DNA of 52,021 nucleotides from sequence record DRR723986_750; one strand, 5' to 3'. Shown piece by piece: positions 48,784 to 52,021 of this stretch (position 1 is its first letter; each line of letters starts with the position of its first letter). The notes under the pieces were generated by a model. It saw only the letters and a program-made list of their open reading frames with translations, ran no database searches and was not told where the DNA came from. The position numbers and the translations under genes were made by a program.

Positions 48784-49535
48784 AGATGCGCTCCTCCGAG
48801 ATAAGCTTCCTGTACGCGCGGGTCGCCCTTGATCTCTTCGGGCTTGCCTTCCGCGATGATCGTTCCCTGTGCGAGCACGGTGACCTTGTCGGCAAGCGAG
48901 AACACGACATGCATGTCATGTTCGATGACCACCTTGGTGATACCGCGTCCGGCAATCCGTTTCAGTAGATCGATCGTGTTGTTGGTATCGGCGCGGGACA
49001 TGCCCGCAGTCGGTTCATCGAGAAGCAGCAGCTTCGGATCCTGCGAGAGGCACATGGCCAGCTCGAGCCGGCGCTTGTCACCACGTGACAGGGAACCGGA
49101 AATAACGTCTTTTTTCTCCGCAAGGCCGACGTCCTCCAGCATGTGAAGTGCCTTGTCCTGGATTTCCGCATCCCTATCGAGCCGCTTGAACGGACGCAGT
49201 GAGAACTGTCCGTCGCGCTTTGCCATGGTGGGGATGATGACGTTTTCCAGCAGGGTGAGTTCTGCGAAAATTTCAGGGGTCTGGAACACCCGAGAAACGC
49301 CGACCTGGTTGATCTCGTAGGGCTTCATGCCTGTGAGCGAGATATCACCGAACTTCACCGTGCCGGTATCCGGGATCAACCGGCCGATCATGCAGTTCAG
49401 GAAGGTCGACTTGCCCGCTCCGTTCGGCCCGATGATCGCGTGAACAGTGCCCTGCTCCACCGAGAAGTTGACATTGTTGAGGGCTCTCAGACCGCCGAAC
49501 GACTTGTTGACGCCCTCTACACGTAGGATTTCCAT
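48780..49535 (-). CDS. Liv-type ABC transporter ATP-binding protein (LivG-like)
   Basis: GPNGAGKS, LSRGDKRRLE, IEHDM, VQEAYLG. Confidence 0.93.
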   Translation of the reverse strand: MEILRVEGVNKSFGGLRALNNVNFSVEQGTVHAIIGPNGAGKSTFLNCMIGRLIPDTGTVKFGDISLTGMKPYEINQVGVSRVFQTPEIFAELTLLENVIIPTMAKRDGQFSLRPFKRLDRDAEIQDKALHMLEDVGLAEKKDVISGSLSRGDKRRLELAMCLSQDPKLLLLDEPTAGMSRADTNNTIDLLKRIAGRGITKVVIEHDMHVVFSLADKVTVLAQGTIIAEGKPEEIKGDPRVQEAYLGGAHL

Positions 49536-49546
49536 ATTCTTGTTCC

Positions 49547-50683
49547 TTACTCTGCAGGGGCAGTTGCACGGTTCGGTTCGGACTTGCCGGACGACCGCTT
49601 GAACAGCTTACCGATCCGGGACACGCCTTCCATGATGCCACCAGGCAGGAAGATAACGATCAGCATGAAGAGAACACCGAGCGTAAGATGCCAGCCTTCA
49701 CCGACGAACAGGCCGGCAACGGAGATGACGGGGCCTTCGATAAAGTCCGGAAGGAAACCGAAAATCTCATGCAGGGTCTGCTCGTTGAAGGCAGAGAAGA
49801 TGTTCTCGAAATACTTGATCAGCGCCGCACCGAAGATCGGGCCGAGCAAGGTGCCTGCGCCGCCGAGAATGGTCATGAGAACGACCTCTCCCGATGCAGT
49901 CCATTGCATGCGCTCTGCACCTGCCAGCGGATCGGTGATGCACATCAAAGCACCGGCCAGACCTGCATACATTCCCGAGATCACGAACGCCGCCAGTGTG
50001 TAGGGACGCGGATTGAGGCCGGTGTAGGTCATACGGTTCTGGTTGGTCTTGACAGCGCGCAACATGATGCCGAAAGGCGACCGGAAGATCCGCTGTGCAA
50101 CGAAGAAGCCGATCAGAAGGATGACCGCACAGAAGTAGAACCCGCCCCACCCGGTCATTTCAATGCCGAACAGGTTCGCGATCAGCGGGCCTTCCTGACC
50201 ACCGTTGCCATCGAACAGACGCGGGTCGCTGCGCAGAACACGCAAGCCGGTCTCCCCGTTGGTGATTGGCGTCAGAACCGAATAGGCCAGGTTATAGGAC
50301 ATCTGAGCGAAAGCGAGCGTCAGGATCGAGAAATAGATACCCGACCGGCGCAGCGACACATAGCCGATGGCAAGCGCGAAGATGCCGGACGCGATGATTG
50401 CCATGATCACGGCGGGGATCGGGTTCATGCCAAGCAGCTTGAACGTCCAGACTGCGGTGTAGGAACCGACACCCAGAAACGCGGCATGGCCGAATGACAG
50501 GTATCCAGTCAGACCGAACAGAATGTTGAAACCGGTCGCAAAGAGACCAAAGATTGCAAACTTCTGCAGAAGGTCGGGATAACCGGCACCAATCGGCTCA
50601 AGCCAGATCGGCATCGTAAGCACCGCGACAGCAAAGATCGCGAAGAAGATGTAGTCGCGTGCAGGAGATGTTTTTGTAGACAT
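49547..50683 (-). CDS. Liv-type ABC transporter permease (LivM-like)
   Basis: [40 protein letters not shown]. Confidence 0.92.
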   Translation of the reverse strand: MSTKTSPARDYIFFAIFAVAVLTMPIWLEPIGAGYPDLLQKFAIFGLFATGFNILFGLTGYLSFGHAAFLGVGSYTAVWTFKLLGMNPIPAVIMAIIASGIFALAIGYVSLRRSGIYFSILTLAFAQMSYNLAYSVLTPITNGETGLRVLRSDPRLFDGNGGQEGPLIANLFGIEMTGWGGFYFCAVILLIGFFVAQRIFRSPFGIMLRAVKTNQNRMTYTGLNPRPYTLAAFVISGMYAGLAGALMCITDPLAGAERMQWTASGEVVLMTILGGAGTLLGPIFGAALIKYFENIFSAFNEQTLHEIFGFLPDFIEGPVISVAGLFVGEGWHLTLGVLFMLIVIFLPGGIMEGVSRIGKLFKRSSGKSEPNRATAPAE

Positions 50684-50686
50684 TTT

Positions 50687-51715
50687 TTAGTTCTCCATGA
50701 CGCCCTTGCGGCCCATCAGCCCGCGCGGACGCACGAGAAGGATGACCACAGCAACGAGATAGATGATGATCTGGTCGATGCCTGGAAGAATGGCCTTGAT
50801 TTCATTCATCGATGCGAAGGACTGCAGGATGCCGAGCAGGAAACCTGCAGCGACGGCTCCAGGCAGCGACCCCATGCCGCCAACAACGACCACGACGAAG
50901 CTGAGCACGAGGAAGTCCATGCCCATGTGATAGTCGGGTGGCAGGATCGGCGTGTACATGACCCCGGCAAGACCGGCGACCACTGCGGCGATCGCGAAAA
51001 CGATGGTGAAACGGCGCTCGATGTTGATGCCCAGCAGCCCGACCGTATGACGGTCTGCCATGCCGGCCCGGACAACCATGCCGAAGGTGGTGAATTGCAG
51101 GAAGGCGAAGACGGCTGCGATGATGGCGCCTGCGAAGGCAAGGTAGACCATGCGCCAGTACGGATAGACGATCACGCCGGGATCCAAGCCGAGGGCAGCT
51201 CCGATGTCGGCTGCTCCACGTACGGCATCTGGCGCGGTTTGCGGGATCGGGTTGGCACCGAAAATCGACTTGATGATTTCCTGAAGAACGATAGCGAGGC
51301 CGAAGGTGACGAGGATCTGATCGGCGTGCGCCCGGTTGTAGAAGTGCTTGATCAGGCCGCGTTCCATGATGAAACCGAAAAGCAGCATGACCGGAATGGC
51401 AAGCAGGATGGAAACCGGCACCGAATAGTTGAGCACCCAGTGACCGAAGTCTCCGAGGTATGCCTCGATGTAGGGTGTACGGATTTCGAGGGGAGTTCCC
51501 CACGCCGTCGTCTTGGTCGGATCCGTCGTCACGATCTCCAGGCTGAGAAGCTTGTTGAACGACACCGCGCAGAACGCACCAAGCATGAACAAGGCACCAT
51601 GCGCGAAGTTGACGACCCCAAGGGTCCCGAAAATCAGGGTCAGTCCCAAGGCGATCAGCGCGTAAGCTCCGCCCTTGTCCAACCCGTTCAGCAGTTGAAG
51701 AATAATCACATCCAT
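50687..51715 (-). CDS. Liv-type ABC transporter permease (LivH-like)
   Basis: GLTLIFGTLGVVNFAHG, VVGGMGSLPGA, RPRGLMG. Confidence 0.92.
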   Translation of the reverse strand: MDVIILQLLNGLDKGGAYALIALGLTLIFGTLGVVNFAHGALFMLGAFCAVSFNKLLSLEIVTTDPTKTTAWGTPLEIRTPYIEAYLGDFGHWVLNYSVPVSILLAIPVMLLFGFIMERGLIKHFYNRAHADQILVTFGLAIVLQEIIKSIFGANPIPQTAPDAVRGAADIGAALGLDPGVIVYPYWRMVYLAFAGAIIAAVFAFLQFTTFGMVVRAGMADRHTVGLLGINIERRFTIVFAIAAVVAGLAGVMYTPILPPDYHMGMDFLVLSFVVVVVGGMGSLPGAVAAGFLLGILQSFASMNEIKAILPGIDQIIIYLVAVVILLVRPRGLMGRKGVMEN

Positions 51716-51758
51716 GGCCTTGCCGCTATTTGCTGCGTCACTTGCGTCCTGATAAGCA

Positions 51759-51790
51759 GCAGCCGCCGGCGGAGATCCTCCGGCGGCTGC
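51759..51790 (-). other. Intercistronic stem-loop after the substrate-binding gene
   Basis: GCAGCCGCCGG..CCGGCGGCTGC inverted repeat. Confidence 0.6.
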
Positions 51791-51804
51791 CGACGTTCAA
51801 GAGC

Positions 51805-52021
51805 TTATGCGCCGTTGTTGCACGCGCCGAGTTCGCCACCCAGCATGTCTGCCGGGTATTCGACCTGCGAACGCGGAGTGACTTCCACCACTTCGAGAAG
51901 GTCGAACTGGGAGCTCGGGTTTTCTTTACCCTTCACGACCAGGACGTCCTTGAAGCACTGGTGGTCATCTGCACGATAGAGGGTCGGACCATTGCCCATG
52001 CCGTCGAACTCGAAGCCTTCG
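51805..52021 (-). CDS. C-terminus of a Liv-type ABC substrate-binding protein (truncated by window end)
   Basis: EGFEFDGMGNGPTLYRADDHQC; located at the head of the liv-like operon. Confidence 0.8.
   Translation of the reverse strand, partial: EGFEFDGMGNGPTLYRADDHQCFKDVLVVKGKENPSSQFDLLEVVEVTPRSQVEYPADMLGGELGACNNGA

Noticed and set aside
1-52021. CRISPR array or rRNA
   Set aside because: No regularly spaced repeats or rRNA-like sequence; the repeats seen are coding low-complexity tracts.

Overview
GC-rich alphaproteobacterial chromosomal window (Hyphomicrobiales-like; Roseibium/Labrenzia-type is a guess). It starts at the 3' end of a tRNA (probably Glu). A ~44.5 kb accessory block follows, built around a type VI secretion system: tssA,B,C,hcp,E,F,G,clpV on +; vgrG,fha/tagH,tssK,L,M,tagF,pppA,ppkA and PAAR on -; no tssJ seen. 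Around it are three exported caspase-like C14 proteases, an ExbB/2xExbD/TonB-like module, an OmpA protein, a membrane-anchored M23 peptidase, a CHASE2 class III adenylate cyclase and an orphan edema-factor/CyaA/ExoY-like (class II) cyclase gene beside the tRNA. From 44.8 kb the genes are ordinary (GNAT, ornithine cyclodeaminase family, ChaA, Liv-type ABC transporter). Main candidate system: a cAMP/CRP-wired T6SS locus. CRP-type boxes (TGTGA-N6-TCACA) lie upstream of most of its transcription units, including the orphan cyclase, usually 20-21 nt before a -10-like hexamer. The T6SS kinase shares its periplasmic domain with a TonB-like protein, and a [DG][RK]T[IV][IV] threonine motif recurs in PpkA, TssL, TssG and the M23 peptidase. 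All calls come from reading motifs by eye; no database searches were run.
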